The notes beneath the pieces are model-generated. The model did not search any database. It was not told the origin of the DNA and was given only the letters and a program-made list of their open reading frames with translations. This document shows, piece by piece, positions 40,707 to 49,902 of a stretch of DNA of 64,000 nt. The position numbers and the translations under genes are program-made. The stretch's first letter is position 1. Each line of letters opens with the position of its first letter. Source of the stretch: Bacillota bacterium (GTDB taxonomy: Bacteria > Bacillota > UBA994 > UBA5500); assembly GCA_050949085.1 (NCBI GenBank), contig JBMNFB010000009.1, positions 245,095 through 309,094 on the forward strand, in the 5' to 3' direction.

Positions 40707-42425
40707 TTATGCCTCCTCTTTACTCACTATAGCTGGCTGGGCTGCCAGCTGATTCAGGGCGCGAATCTTGTCAACGGCAGCCAGCATCGCCCCGCTGCGC
40801 CGTTCGGCAAAGAAACTGACCCGACCCTGCGGGTACTCAGGCAGCAGTCCGATCCGTTGGGCCAGGTCGATCAGTACGGCTTCGGTGAAGACATCGTCCC
40901 GTTCGGCGTAGAGAACCGCCAGATTCAGTCGCGGCAGCCTGATGTCCCGCTGCAGGAGCGGCGGAGTGACGAGAATCGGATATTCACCCTGGAGAAAGCG
41001 GTTGCGCTTGCTGACCAACAGATCATCAGCCTCGTGCACGAACTCCACCCACTCGGGGCTCCGCTGCCGGCTGAAATGAGACTTGAGGGCACGCCCCACC
41101 TGCTGCGCCAGCTCATCATCAGGAACGACGACCAGGATCTGAGAGAGGTCGCGCTCCATGCTCTCCTGCAGAAACTCATCCAGCCCAGCCGGTATCGGCC
41201 AGGCGAACTCCCTGACACCGCCCAGCCTGCCCAGCTGGAGCACAGGCTGGGGCAGAGGTTGCCCGTGCAGGCGGGCCGCCAGAATAACTTCGGCCATCTT
41301 CCCCCGCTGCACCTGCTGCAGCTGATCCCGCGTCGGCGTCGCTGTCAGGTAGATCAGCTTGCCGCTGGATTTCACCGCCCGCTGGGAGACCAGCTCCAGC
41401 AGCGGGTTCTGCAGATCGGGGAAGGCAGCCACCTCGTCCAGCAGGACGAGATCGAAGTCGGCGAACCGGCGCATGGCCTGACTGGGCGTGGCAATCTGCA
41501 GATCGGCCATCCGGTCGCGCGTCGTGGTCACTCGCACCTCGGGGAAGGCGGCTGCCAGCAGGGGTTGCAGCTGCAGCGCCAGATCGCGCCGCGGCCGGAT
41601 CCAGAGCGCCCTGCCACCAGCGGCCAGAGTCTGCTGCAGCGCTGGCAGGACGGCGCTATCAGCCCCCGCCCCGGCCACTGTCCAGAAGAGGCAGCTGGAC
41701 CGCTGGGGACTGACAACAAACTCCAGCAGACGCTGGCTCGCCGCGCTCTGAGCTGGCGAAAGCGGCTGGGGCAGCCGGAGCGCCACCTCCCGCCGCTCTA
41801 GCCTGCCCTGAGACGGCACCGCATAGTAGGGCGAGCAGGAGCTGGCCTGCCCCAGCTGGCGGCAGCTCTGGCAGACCCAGCTAGCCGTATCGCCACACTC
41901 CAGGCAGGGCTCCTGACGCAAATCTCTGCTACCGCAACGCAGGCAGCGCTGCACCGGATACTCGGCCACAGCCGCGCGGCAGTCTATCAGTCCCTCAAGA
42001 TAGAGATATTGCAGCAGGTCGGGCAGCGATTCCTGAAAAAACAGGCGCTGCTCCCGGACCAGCTGCTCCACTTCCTCCAGGAGGAGAATGCGCCCTTCCA
42101 GCAGTTCCAGCAGCAGCCGTGCCTCGTCCTGGGCAGAACAGACGCCAGGCTGCACCGGCTGTGGCGTGATTGCGGCTGCCTCCCCCAAACGCCGCAGTTC
42201 GCGGCGCACCACGCTCAGCTCCAGCTCGTCCCTGGGCAGCAACTGCTGCAGCAGCCGCTGCAGGTGCTCAGCGCGAGCGATGCTCAACGGCGGCGTCAGC
42301 ACCGTGATCGTGGCCTGTCTTTCCTGCCAGTAGCCGGCGTCCAACGCTGGGTTGCCCGTAACGAAATAACGCTGACGGCGGTCACCGCCCCTCAGACGAT
42401 AGACCCAGTATGATAGGCAACGCAA
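40707..42425 (-). CDS. comFA: ComFA-like SF2 helicase homologue with degenerate ATPase motifs
   Basis: Zn finger (CLRCG..CLEC..CQSC), PRRDLALQL, DEVAAFP, YLTATP, RLHGQPLPQP, DVFTEAVL; Walker A reads AGAGAD. Confidence 0.78.
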   Translation of the reverse strand: MRCLSYWVYRLRGGDRRQRYFVTGNPALDAGYWQERQATITVLTPPLSIARAEHLQRLLQQLLPRDELELSVVRRELRRLGEAAAITPQPVQPGVCSAQDEARLLLELLEGRILLLEEVEQLVREQRLFFQESLPDLLQYLYLEGLIDCRAAVAEYPVQRCLRCGSRDLRQEPCLECGDTASWVCQSCRQLGQASSCSPYYAVPSQGRLERREVALRLPQPLSPAQSAASQRLLEFVVSPQRSSCLFWTVAGAGADSAVLPALQQTLAAGGRALWIRPRRDLALQLQPLLAAAFPEVRVTTTRDRMADLQIATPSQAMRRFADFDLVLLDEVAAFPDLQNPLLELVSQRAVKSSGKLIYLTATPTRDQLQQVQRGKMAEVILAARLHGQPLPQPVLQLGRLGGVREFAWPIPAGLDEFLQESMERDLSQILVVVPDDELAQQVGRALKSHFSRQRSPEWVEFVHEADDLLVSKRNRFLQGEYPILVTPPLLQRDIRLPRLNLAVLYAERDDVFTEAVLIDLAQRIGLLPEYPQGRVSFFAERRSGAMLAAVDKIRALNQLAAQPAIVSKEEA

Positions 42426-42446
42426 TCTGTCACCTCCCGTCAAAGG

Positions 42447-44636
42447 TCAATCCAATAACTCGGCATGCCGCAAACGCCAACCCAACAGCGAGTAGCGTTC
42501 CTCAACCCGATTGTTCTTCACAGCCAGGGCCAGGGCTCGCTTCGTCCCCACGAGGACCACCAGTTTCCTGGCCCGGGTGAGGGCGGTATAGAGCATATTC
42601 CGCTGCAACATGATGTAGTGCTGGGTGGAGACAGGCATCACCACCACCGGATACTCGCTGCCCTGGCTCTTGTGCACCGTGATCGCATAGGACAGCGTCA
42701 GCTCATCCGCCTCAATCAGGTCGTAGCTGACGAGGCGCTCGCCGCTGCCATCGGGATAGAGCACGTGCAGCTCACCGGCTTCCCGGTCGATGCTGGCGAT
42801 GCGGCCGATATCGCCGTTAAACACCTGCTTCTGGTAGTTGTTGCGGATCTGCATCACCTTGTCCCCCAGGCGAAAGGTGGTAAAGCCGGCGTGCACCTCT
42901 GTCTTGCCGGGAGACGGCGGGTTGAGGGTCCGCTGCAGCTGCAGGTTGAGGTTGTCGACACCGATGACGGTGCGCCGCATCGGCGTCAGCACCTGGATAT
43001 CCTCCAGCGGATGGTAACCGTAGGCGTTGGGCAGCCGCTGCCGGCAGAGGGTAAGGACATGCTGGGCGATCTGCTCCGGATCTTCCTCATTGATATAGAA
43101 GAAGTCGTTGTCTCTGACATTCAGATAGGGAAACTCACCGCGATTAACCCGGTGGGCATTGGTGACGATCAGGCTCTGGCCGGCCTGGCGAAAGATGGTC
43201 TTCAGGCGTACCGTGGGGATGACGCCTGACTCGATGATGTCGCGCAACACGTTGCCGGGACCGACCGAGGGCAACTGATCCACATCCCCCACCAGCACCA
43301 GCTGGCAGCCGTCGGGCAGGGCGCGCAGGAAGTGATACATCAGGAGGATGTCCAGCATCGAGACCTCATCGAGGATCACGACATCAGCCTTCAGGGGATT
43401 GTCAGCGTTGCGACCAAAGGACATGCCCTGCCCGGGCGTAAAACTGTACTCCAGCAGGCGGTGAATCGTCTTGGCCTCGGCACCCGTCGTCTCGGTCATG
43501 CGTTTGGCGGCGCGCCCGGTGGGGGCCGCCAGCAGCACCGAGCGGTTACGATTGGCCAGCAGCTTGAGCAGACTGCGGATGATGGTAGTCTTGCCAGTGC
43601 CGGGGCCGCCAGTGATGACGCTGACGCCGTTCTGCAGGGCCGCGATCAGAGCCTGGCGCTGTTCCGGGGCAAGGCGAATCCGCTGCTCCTGCTGCAGCTG
43701 CCTCAGTTCCGCCTCCAGCCCCCCTGGCAATTCCAGAGCCAGACGCTGCTGATGCAGCTGGAGCAGGCGGCGCTGAACCCCCAGCTCGGCATAGAAAAAG
43801 GGAGCCAGGTAGATCATCCGCTGCTCGTCCACATCCGTCAGGAAGATCTCCTTCTGCCGCTCCAGCTCAGCGCAGGCAGGCGGCAACAGGTCGCCGGAGA
43901 CCTCCAGCATCGCCGCCGCCTGCTGATAAAACTCCGCCAGCGGATAGGACGTATGCCCGTCCTCGGCCAGTTGCTGCAGTGAATACTTGATCCCGGCGAT
44001 GAGGCGTGCCGGCGATTCAGGGTGCAGCCCCATCTGCTGCGCCAGCTTATCCGCTGTCTTGAAACCGATGCCAAAGACCTCGTCGGCCAGGCGGTAGGGG
44101 TTCTCCTCGATCACCCGGCGGGCGGTATCACCGTAGTGGCGGTAAATGCGTGCCGCCAGGCCGGGAGTGACACCATACCCCTGCAGATAGATCATCATGT
44201 CGCGAATCTCGCGATGCTCGGCAAAGGCCCTGCCGATAGCGGCCGCCTTCGCCTCACCGACTCCGGGGACCTCCACCAGGCGCTGCGGCGACTCCTCCAG
44301 GATCTGCATCGCCGCCAGGCCGAAATGCTGCACAATCTTCTTGGCGGTGGCCGGGCCCACTCCCTTGACCAGGCCCGAGCCCAGGTATTTTTCCAGACCG
44401 GCGAGCGTCGCCGGCAACACCGACTTATGAGACGCAACCTTGAACTGGCGCCCGTAATCAGGATGCAGCACCCACTCGCCCTGCATCTCCAGGGTCTCAC
44501 CCACCGCCAGTTGCGGAAAATAGCCGACGGCTGTCACCAGGTCCCTCTGGGCGGGGCTACGCAGACGCAGCACTGAATAGAAGTTTTCTTCGTTGCGATA
44601 GGTGATCCGCTCCACCGTGCCCGTCAGGTTATCCAA
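42447..44636 (-). CDS. recD2: ATP-dependent RecD2-like DNA helicase
   Basis: N-terminal GTVERITY..YLGSGLVKGVGP, NPYRL..GIGFKTAD, GGPGTGKT, DEVSM, TVHKSQGSE, YTALTRA. Confidence 0.93.
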   Translation of the reverse strand: MDNLTGTVERITYRNEENFYSVLRLRSPAQRDLVTAVGYFPQLAVGETLEMQGEWVLHPDYGRQFKVASHKSVLPATLAGLEKYLGSGLVKGVGPATAKKIVQHFGLAAMQILEESPQRLVEVPGVGEAKAAAIGRAFAEHREIRDMMIYLQGYGVTPGLAARIYRHYGDTARRVIEENPYRLADEVFGIGFKTADKLAQQMGLHPESPARLIAGIKYSLQQLAEDGHTSYPLAEFYQQAAAMLEVSGDLLPPACAELERQKEIFLTDVDEQRMIYLAPFFYAELGVQRRLLQLHQQRLALELPGGLEAELRQLQQEQRIRLAPEQRQALIAALQNGVSVITGGPGTGKTTIIRSLLKLLANRNRSVLLAAPTGRAAKRMTETTGAEAKTIHRLLEYSFTPGQGMSFGRNADNPLKADVVILDEVSMLDILLMYHFLRALPDGCQLVLVGDVDQLPSVGPGNVLRDIIESGVIPTVRLKTIFRQAGQSLIVTNAHRVNRGEFPYLNVRDNDFFYINEEDPEQIAQHVLTLCRQRLPNAYGYHPLEDIQVLTPMRRTVIGVDNLNLQLQRTLNPPSPGKTEVHAGFTTFRLGDKVMQIRNNYQKQVFNGDIGRIASIDREAGELHVLYPDGSGERLVSYDLIEADELTLSYAITVHKSQGSEYPVVVMPVSTQHYIMLQRNMLYTALTRARKLVVLVGTKRALALAVKNNRVEERYSLLGWRLRHAELLD

Positions 44637-44702
44637 GTGCGACCGCCTCCTTTCTAACTACACTGAGTCTGTTAAACGTCGCGGGGAGGAATTCCTGCTG
44701 AA

Positions 44703-44772
44703 TGGGAGGTGAGAGGTGGGATATGGGAGGTGAGAGGTGGGGTATGAGAGTTGGGGGGTGAGAAGTGAGACG
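44703..44772. repeat. Ten tandem degenerate heptamers (TG(G/A)GAGG-like)
   Basis: TGGGAGG TGAGAGG TGGGATA TGGGAGG TGAGAGG TGGGGTA TGAGAGT TGGGGGG TGAGAAG TGAGACG. Confidence 0.85.
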
Positions 44773-44912
44773 TATGAGCCATGACACGGAGAATTAGGGC
44801 AATCAGAGGCGGTAGCGGCAAGGTGTTGGCAATCGCAGGGCGCAGGTGACTATCAGAATGGTGAGACCTTAGCAGGCGCAAGACGTAGGGCGAGCGCCAC
44901 TCTATACAAGGC

Positions 44913-44940
44913 AACAAAGAAAGCACGGTTCCCCGTGCTT
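44913..44940 (-). terminator. Probable terminator of the tad operon
   Basis: AAGCACGG/CCGTGCTT stem followed by TCTTTGTT on the minus strand. Confidence 0.65.
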
Positions 44941-45034
44941 GCGTGGCAGGCCATCATGGCGTGTATTGATCCTATACCAGGTCGCGCTACGTGTATTGGC
45001 TCGGTAGCGGTCAGTCAGCTACGCCTGTTGGCGG

Positions 45035-45391
45035 TCAACCCACTGCTGTCTTCAGGCCCAGATCCAGCTGGTCGCCGAGTGCGGTGCCGCTGGCGGCGAT
45101 GCTGCCGGCGGGCAACTCCAGCGCGTAGTAGGCGTCAGGATAACGCCGGCTCACCCTCCAGGGCGCCAGTTCCGGCTCCAGCCCCACCACCCGGGCTGCC
45201 TTGTCCAGAAAGATAACATCGAGGCTGAAGCGCATATGCATCATATGCACCGCCTGGCAGGGGTAGATAAGCAGCGCCTGCCCAGGCGGCAGCTCCCGCC
45301 GAAACATCAGGCCACGCAGCCGTCGCCAGAATGTGGCGGCGATTTCCGTCTGCTGGGTAAGGGCGGTCTGGCGCGTTAGATTCTGTACCAT
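45035..45391 (-). CDS. DUF192 family protein
   Basis: AATFWRRLRGLMFR, VHMMHMRFSLDVIFLD, ALELPAG; TGATG coupling to tadC. Confidence 0.88.
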   Translation of the reverse strand: MVQNLTRQTALTQQTEIAATFWRRLRGLMFRRELPPGQALLIYPCQAVHMMHMRFSLDVIFLDKAARVVGLEPELAPWRVSRRYPDAYYALELPAGSIAASGTALGDQLDLGLKTAVG

Positions 45392-46308
45392 CAATTGGCG
45401 AACATCTCCATGACCTGAATCACCGCCGGGCCGAGGACAACGATGAAGATGGCGGGAAAAATGCAGATCACCATCGGCAGGAGCATCTTCACCGGCGCCT
45501 TCCCAGCCTCTTCCTCCGCCCGCTGGCTGCGCTTCTCGCGCACGCTGGCCGACTGCACCTCCAGCACGTTGCTGATGCTGACGCCCAGCTGTTCCGCCTG
45601 CACGATGGCGGAGACAAAGCTGTTCAACTCGTCGACTCCGGTCCGATTGGCCATGGCTGCCAGCGCGTCCTTGCGCAGCACACCGGCGCGAATCTCGTGC
45701 AACACCTGGCGCAGTTCTTCCGGCAGAGGGCCCTGCATCTTCTCCGCCACCTTGACCAGGGCGGCGTCAAAGCCCAATCCGGCCTGAACGCTGACCGTCA
45801 GCAGGTCGAGCACGTCAGGCAATGCCCGCACGATCCGCTTCTGACGAGCAGCCGTCGCCTGGATGAGCCGCATATTCGGCAGGCGGCTGCCCAGCAAGGC
45901 GCCCACGACACCGTAGAGCAGGGCGAACTTGCTGCCGTTGAGCAGCCCTCCCAGCGCGCCGCCGATCACCGCACCCAAAGCCACGGAGAAGACGTACCAG
46001 CCGGTCCACTGGTCAGGCGTCATCTCCAGGCCGGCCATGGTCAGGCGCCGCTCCAGCAATTTGCGCTGGATGGAGGGGGTGCGCTGCTGGAGACGGCGCC
46101 CCAGGCGCTGCAGCAGCGGCTGGAAAACGCGCTCCGAGAACGGCAGCCGCAGGCGCTCATCCATCAGGGGATCAGCGTCACTGCTCTGACTGATGGACTT
46201 GAGGCGCCGTTCGTAAGCCAGGCGTTGGCTGAACTTGGCCCGAAGCAGCATGTACGTGACCAGGAAGGTCAGACAGCCCAGCGAGACTGCCAACCAGAGA
46301 AGCATCAC
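45391..46308 (-). CDS. tadC: TadC (T2SS F family)
   Basis: LPDVLDLLTVSVQAGLGFD, QAEQLG, AEEEAGKAPVKMLLP. Confidence 0.9.
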   Translation of the reverse strand: MMLLWLAVSLGCLTFLVTYMLLRAKFSQRLAYERRLKSISQSSDADPLMDERLRLPFSERVFQPLLQRLGRRLQQRTPSIQRKLLERRLTMAGLEMTPDQWTGWYVFSVALGAVIGGALGGLLNGSKFALLYGVVGALLGSRLPNMRLIQATAARQKRIVRALPDVLDLLTVSVQAGLGFDAALVKVAEKMQGPLPEELRQVLHEIRAGVLRKDALAAMANRTGVDELNSFVSAIVQAEQLGVSISNVLEVQSASVREKRSQRAEEEAGKAPVKMLLPMVICIFPAIFIVVLGPAVIQVMEMFAN

Positions 46309-46324
46309 TTATCCCTCCTCAGCC

Positions 46325-47278
46325 CTAGATATCGATATTGACGATTTTTTTAATCATGATGATCCCCAAGAAAATCATTACGGCGCCAATAGCCAGGAGG
46401 GTAATCCCCAGGGGGTGGCGGAACATCGTGCTCATATAGTCTGGGCTGACCACATTTAGGATGGCTAGCAAAGCAAGCGGTAGCACGGAGATGATGATCC
46501 CGCTCATCCGCCCCTGGGCCGTCTGGCTCATGATCTTGCCCTTGATGCGCTGCCGCTCGCGGATGGTAAAGGCCATCTTGTCCATGATGCCAGCCAGATC
46601 ACCGCCCACCTGACGCTGCACCAGCACGGCCGTGACCAGGAGGTCCAGGTCAGCCGTCGGCAGCCGCTCCACCAGCCGCTGCAGCGCGGTGTCCAGCGGC
46701 ACTCCCAGATTCACTTCGCGCAGCGTCCGCCGCAGCTCGGCACCGATGGGATCAGGCATCTCTCTGGAGGCCAGATCCAGCGCCTGCTGAAAACTGTACC
46801 CGGCCCGCAGGGCGTTGGCCGTCATCGCCAGAAAATCGACCAGTTGGTCGTCGGCGTTCTTCAGCCGCTTCTTCTGGTGCGATTTGAGCAGCAGCTCCGG
46901 CAGCTGGGAGCCGACGACCGCCCCGATCAGGGCACCGGGCAGTTGCAGGAGCAGCCAGCCCAACAAGGCGCCGAGCGCAAAGCAGCCGGCTGCAGCACCG
47001 GCCATCTCCTCTCCCTTGATGGGTACACTGGCCGCCTGCAGCTGCCGGTCGTAGCGGGCCACGATGCCCTTGGGGGCGAGGCGGCCCACCGAGGCGCCGA
47101 CGCCGCGCAACCCCGCCGACTGCGGCCGGGGCCGGGGCTCGGCGGCAGCGGCCGTCTGTTCGCCGGTATACTGGGCCATCCGCCCCGAGAGGGAAGGCTG
47201 ACCAAAAGCGCGCTGCAGCAGCAGATAAACCAGGACGCCTACCAATGCAGCGACGGCAACGGCGATGAGATAGGTCAT
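46325..47278 (-). CDS. tadB: TadB (T2SS F family)
   Basis: ANALRAGYSF, QRQVGGDL, TAQGRMSG. Confidence 0.9.
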   Translation of the reverse strand: MTYLIAVAVAALVGVLVYLLLQRAFGQPSLSGRMAQYTGEQTAAAAEPRPRPQSAGLRGVGASVGRLAPKGIVARYDRQLQAASVPIKGEEMAGAAAGCFALGALLGWLLLQLPGALIGAVVGSQLPELLLKSHQKKRLKNADDQLVDFLAMTANALRAGYSFQQALDLASREMPDPIGAELRRTLREVNLGVPLDTALQRLVERLPTADLDLLVTAVLVQRQVGGDLAGIMDKMAFTIRERQRIKGKIMSQTAQGRMSGIIISVLPLALLAILNVVSPDYMSTMFRHPLGITLLAIGAVMIFLGIIMIKKIVNIDI

Positions 47279-47323
47279 TGCTTCACCTTCTTCCTGCCGG
47301 AGGCAATCGCTGTTGACCAGCGT

Positions 47324-48679
47324 TTACCTCTGCTCAAAAATCTCCGGTGGCAGCATCACGCCACTGGATTGCAGCTTCTCATAGCACTGGGGGCGAATGC
47401 CGGTAGGCCGGAACTCACCGATGATCCGCCCGCTGGGCTCCCGACCCAGCTCGTGGAAGAGAAAGATATCCTGCAGGGTGATCACGTCGCCCTCCATGCC
47501 GGTCACCTCGCAGATGTGGGTGATCTTGCGGCTGCCGTCGCGGAAGCGGCTTTGCTGCACGATGATATCGATGGCGGAGGCGATCTGCTCGCGAATCGCC
47601 CGTACCGGCAGTTCAACGCCGGCCATCAGCACCATCGTCTCCAGACGGGCCAGCATATCGCGCGGCGTGTTGGCATGGCCGGTGGTCAGTGACCCATCAT
47701 GGCCGGTGTTCATCGCCTGCAGCATGTCCAGCGCCTCGCCGCCGCGCACCTCGCCCACGACAATGCGGTTGGGCCGCATCCGCAGCGAGTTGCGCACCAG
47801 CTCCCGCATCGGGATGGCGCCCCTCCCCTCGATATTGGGGGGCCGCGTCTCCAGCGTCACGACGTGCTCCTGATGCAGCTGCAGTTCGGCAGCATCCTCG
47901 ATGGTGATGATTCGCTCGTCAGCAGGGATATAGGATGAGAGGCAGTTTAGCGTCGTTGTCTTACCAGAGCCGGTGCCGCCAGACACGACTACATTCAGCC
48001 GTCCGACGACACAGGCCTGCAGGAACCTGGCCATGGCGGCGTTGAGGGTGCCGAAGTTGATCAGATCAGCGATCTGGAAGGGGTCGCGGCTGAACTTGCG
48101 GATGGTGATCACCGGACCAGTCAGGGAGAGCGGCGGGATGATGGCGTTGACCCGCGAGCCGTCGGGCAGACGGGCATCCACCATCGGCGAGCTCTCGTCG
48201 ATGCGGCGGCCGATGGGAGCGACGATCTTGTCGATCACCTGCATCACATGCTGATTGTCGCGGAACTTGACGTCCGTCAGCTCCAGCTTGCCCTTGCGCT
48301 CCACGTAGACCTGGCCGGGACCGTTGACCATGATCTCCGACACGTCGTCCTCCCGCAGCAAGGGCGTGATGGGGCCAAAGCCCATCACCTCATCGGTCAG
48401 CTCGCTGATGATCCGCTGCCGATCGGCCGAACTGACGACAAAGCCGCTCTCGGCCATCACCCGGGCGGCGATCTCGGCGATCAACGCCTTCAGTTCATCC
48501 TCGCGCGCTGCGTCGCTCAGGAGTTCGGGCGGAACCTCGTCCACAATCGCCTGCTGGATCTGGGCCATTACCGCTTTTTTCGGTGAGGAGGAGACGATGG
48601 CGTCCTCGACGGCTGGTTTGTCCTTGCCCTTCTCGGCTGGTTTGGCCTGGCTGCCCTCCAATCGTCTTAACAGGGACAT
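47324..48679 (-). CDS. cpaF: CpaF/TadA pilus assembly ATPase
   Basis: EIMVNG, DARLPDGSRVN, GGTGSGKTT, LRMRP, AMNTGHDG. Confidence 0.95.
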   Translation of the reverse strand: MSLLRRLEGSQAKPAEKGKDKPAVEDAIVSSSPKKAVMAQIQQAIVDEVPPELLSDAAREDELKALIAEIAARVMAESGFVVSSADRQRIISELTDEVMGFGPITPLLREDDVSEIMVNGPGQVYVERKGKLELTDVKFRDNQHVMQVIDKIVAPIGRRIDESSPMVDARLPDGSRVNAIIPPLSLTGPVITIRKFSRDPFQIADLINFGTLNAAMARFLQACVVGRLNVVVSGGTGSGKTTTLNCLSSYIPADERIITIEDAAELQLHQEHVVTLETRPPNIEGRGAIPMRELVRNSLRMRPNRIVVGEVRGGEALDMLQAMNTGHDGSLTTGHANTPRDMLARLETMVLMAGVELPVRAIREQIASAIDIIVQQSRFRDGSRKITHICEVTGMEGDVITLQDIFLFHELGREPSGRIIGEFRPTGIRPQCYEKLQSSGVMLPPEIFEQR

Positions 48680-49890
48680 CAGCGTGCCCTCCTCCGACGG
48701 GCGAAGCGGCCGAGCTGTTCCGTCTTCGCGCCCTCTCCCGTCACTTCATCCAGCAGTTCACTGATCCGGTCGGCCAGTTTGGCATTGGTCTGTTCCAGCA
48801 CAAAGGGGATGCCACGGTTGACCGAGGTCATGATCGGGCCATCCTCGGCCGCCAGGTAGAAGTCCACGCTGCGCCCCATGGCCGGTTCCAGATCCCGAAA
48901 GCGAATCCCATGCTCGTAGCTGGCCTTGTTGACCAGCAGGTAGATCTTATCATCGGGATATTCCAGACGCTTCATGACCTCCAGCCCGAGCTTGACATTT
49001 TTTAACGTAGGCATATCCATCGCCCCGACCATGACTATCTTGTCGCTCATGTCCAGAGCGGTGAGCGCCGTTTCATGGAAGGAAGCCGGCAGATCGACAA
49101 TCACATAATCGAACACCTGCCGCGCCAGGTTGATGATCTTGCCGGCGTGTTCGCCGGTGACGAACTCGGCCAGCTCCGGCCGCAACGGCGCCGGCAGCAC
49201 CTTCAATCCACAGGGGTGGTTGAGCAGATAGGAAGGCAGGGTTTCCCGATCCAGAGTCGCCTCGTTGATCAGCTCGCTGATGGTGCGGCGCGGCACCAGG
49301 CTGAGCAGTACGCTGGTATCCCCAAACTGCAGATCCAGATCGATGAGGCAGGTGTTCTTCTGCCGCTCTGAGGCCAGCATGGCCGCCATATTCACGGCGA
49401 TGGTGGTCTTGCCCACCCCGCCCTTCGTGCTATAGACCGAGATCACCTTACCGGTAGCCGTGCTGAACTTGGCCGTCGGATTCTGGTTGATCTCGACTAT
49501 ACGCCGCTGCTGCTCGCGCTCCCAGGTCTTCTGGATGCAATCCACCAACTCGTCAGCGCCGAAAGGTTTCACCAGATAATCTTTGGCGCCGGCGATCATC
49601 GACTTGCGCAGGTATTCGATCTCCCCCTGCACCGAGATGACGATGACCACCGTGCCCGGTTGGCTGGAGCAGATCTGCTCGGTGGCCGAGATCCCATCCA
49701 TACCCGGCATGTTGATGTCCATCAGGACGACGTTAGGCTGCAACTCGTTCGCTTTTCGTACCGCTTCCTCACCGTCCTTAGCCTCGCCGACAACGGTAAA
49801 GCCGACGCTGAGACTGAGCAGGCGACGGATATTATCCCTGGTATCGGCTGCATCATCGGCTATCAAGACTGTGATGGGTTTGTCTGCCAA
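48679..49890 (-). CDS. cpaE: Receiver domain + CpaE/TadZ MinD-like ATPase
   Basis: REC domain (ADD, LMDINMP, LVKPF) plus KGGVGKTT and IDLDLQFGD. Confidence 0.88.
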   Translation of the reverse strand: MADKPITVLIADDAADTRDNIRRLLSLSVGFTVVGEAKDGEEAVRKANELQPNVVLMDINMPGMDGISATEQICSSQPGTVVIVISVQGEIEYLRKSMIAGAKDYLVKPFGADELVDCIQKTWEREQQRRIVEINQNPTAKFSTATGKVISVYSTKGGVGKTTIAVNMAAMLASERQKNTCLIDLDLQFGDTSVLLSLVPRRTISELINEATLDRETLPSYLLNHPCGLKVLPAPLRPELAEFVTGEHAGKIINLARQVFDYVIVDLPASFHETALTALDMSDKIVMVGAMDMPTLKNVKLGLEVMKRLEYPDDKIYLLVNKASYEHGIRFRDLEPAMGRSVDFYLAAEDGPIMTSVNRGIPFVLEQTNAKLADRISELLDEVTGEGAKTEQLGRFARRRRAR

Positions 49891-49902
49891 TGCTCTCCCT
49901 CC

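Noticed and set aside
40005-41801. 598-aa + strand ORF spanning pxpA/comFA*
   Set aside because: Antisense shadow of two in-frame minus-strand genes; low-information translation.
44703-44772. Repeat array as CRISPR
   Set aside because: Contiguous 7-mers with no unique spacers and no cas genes.
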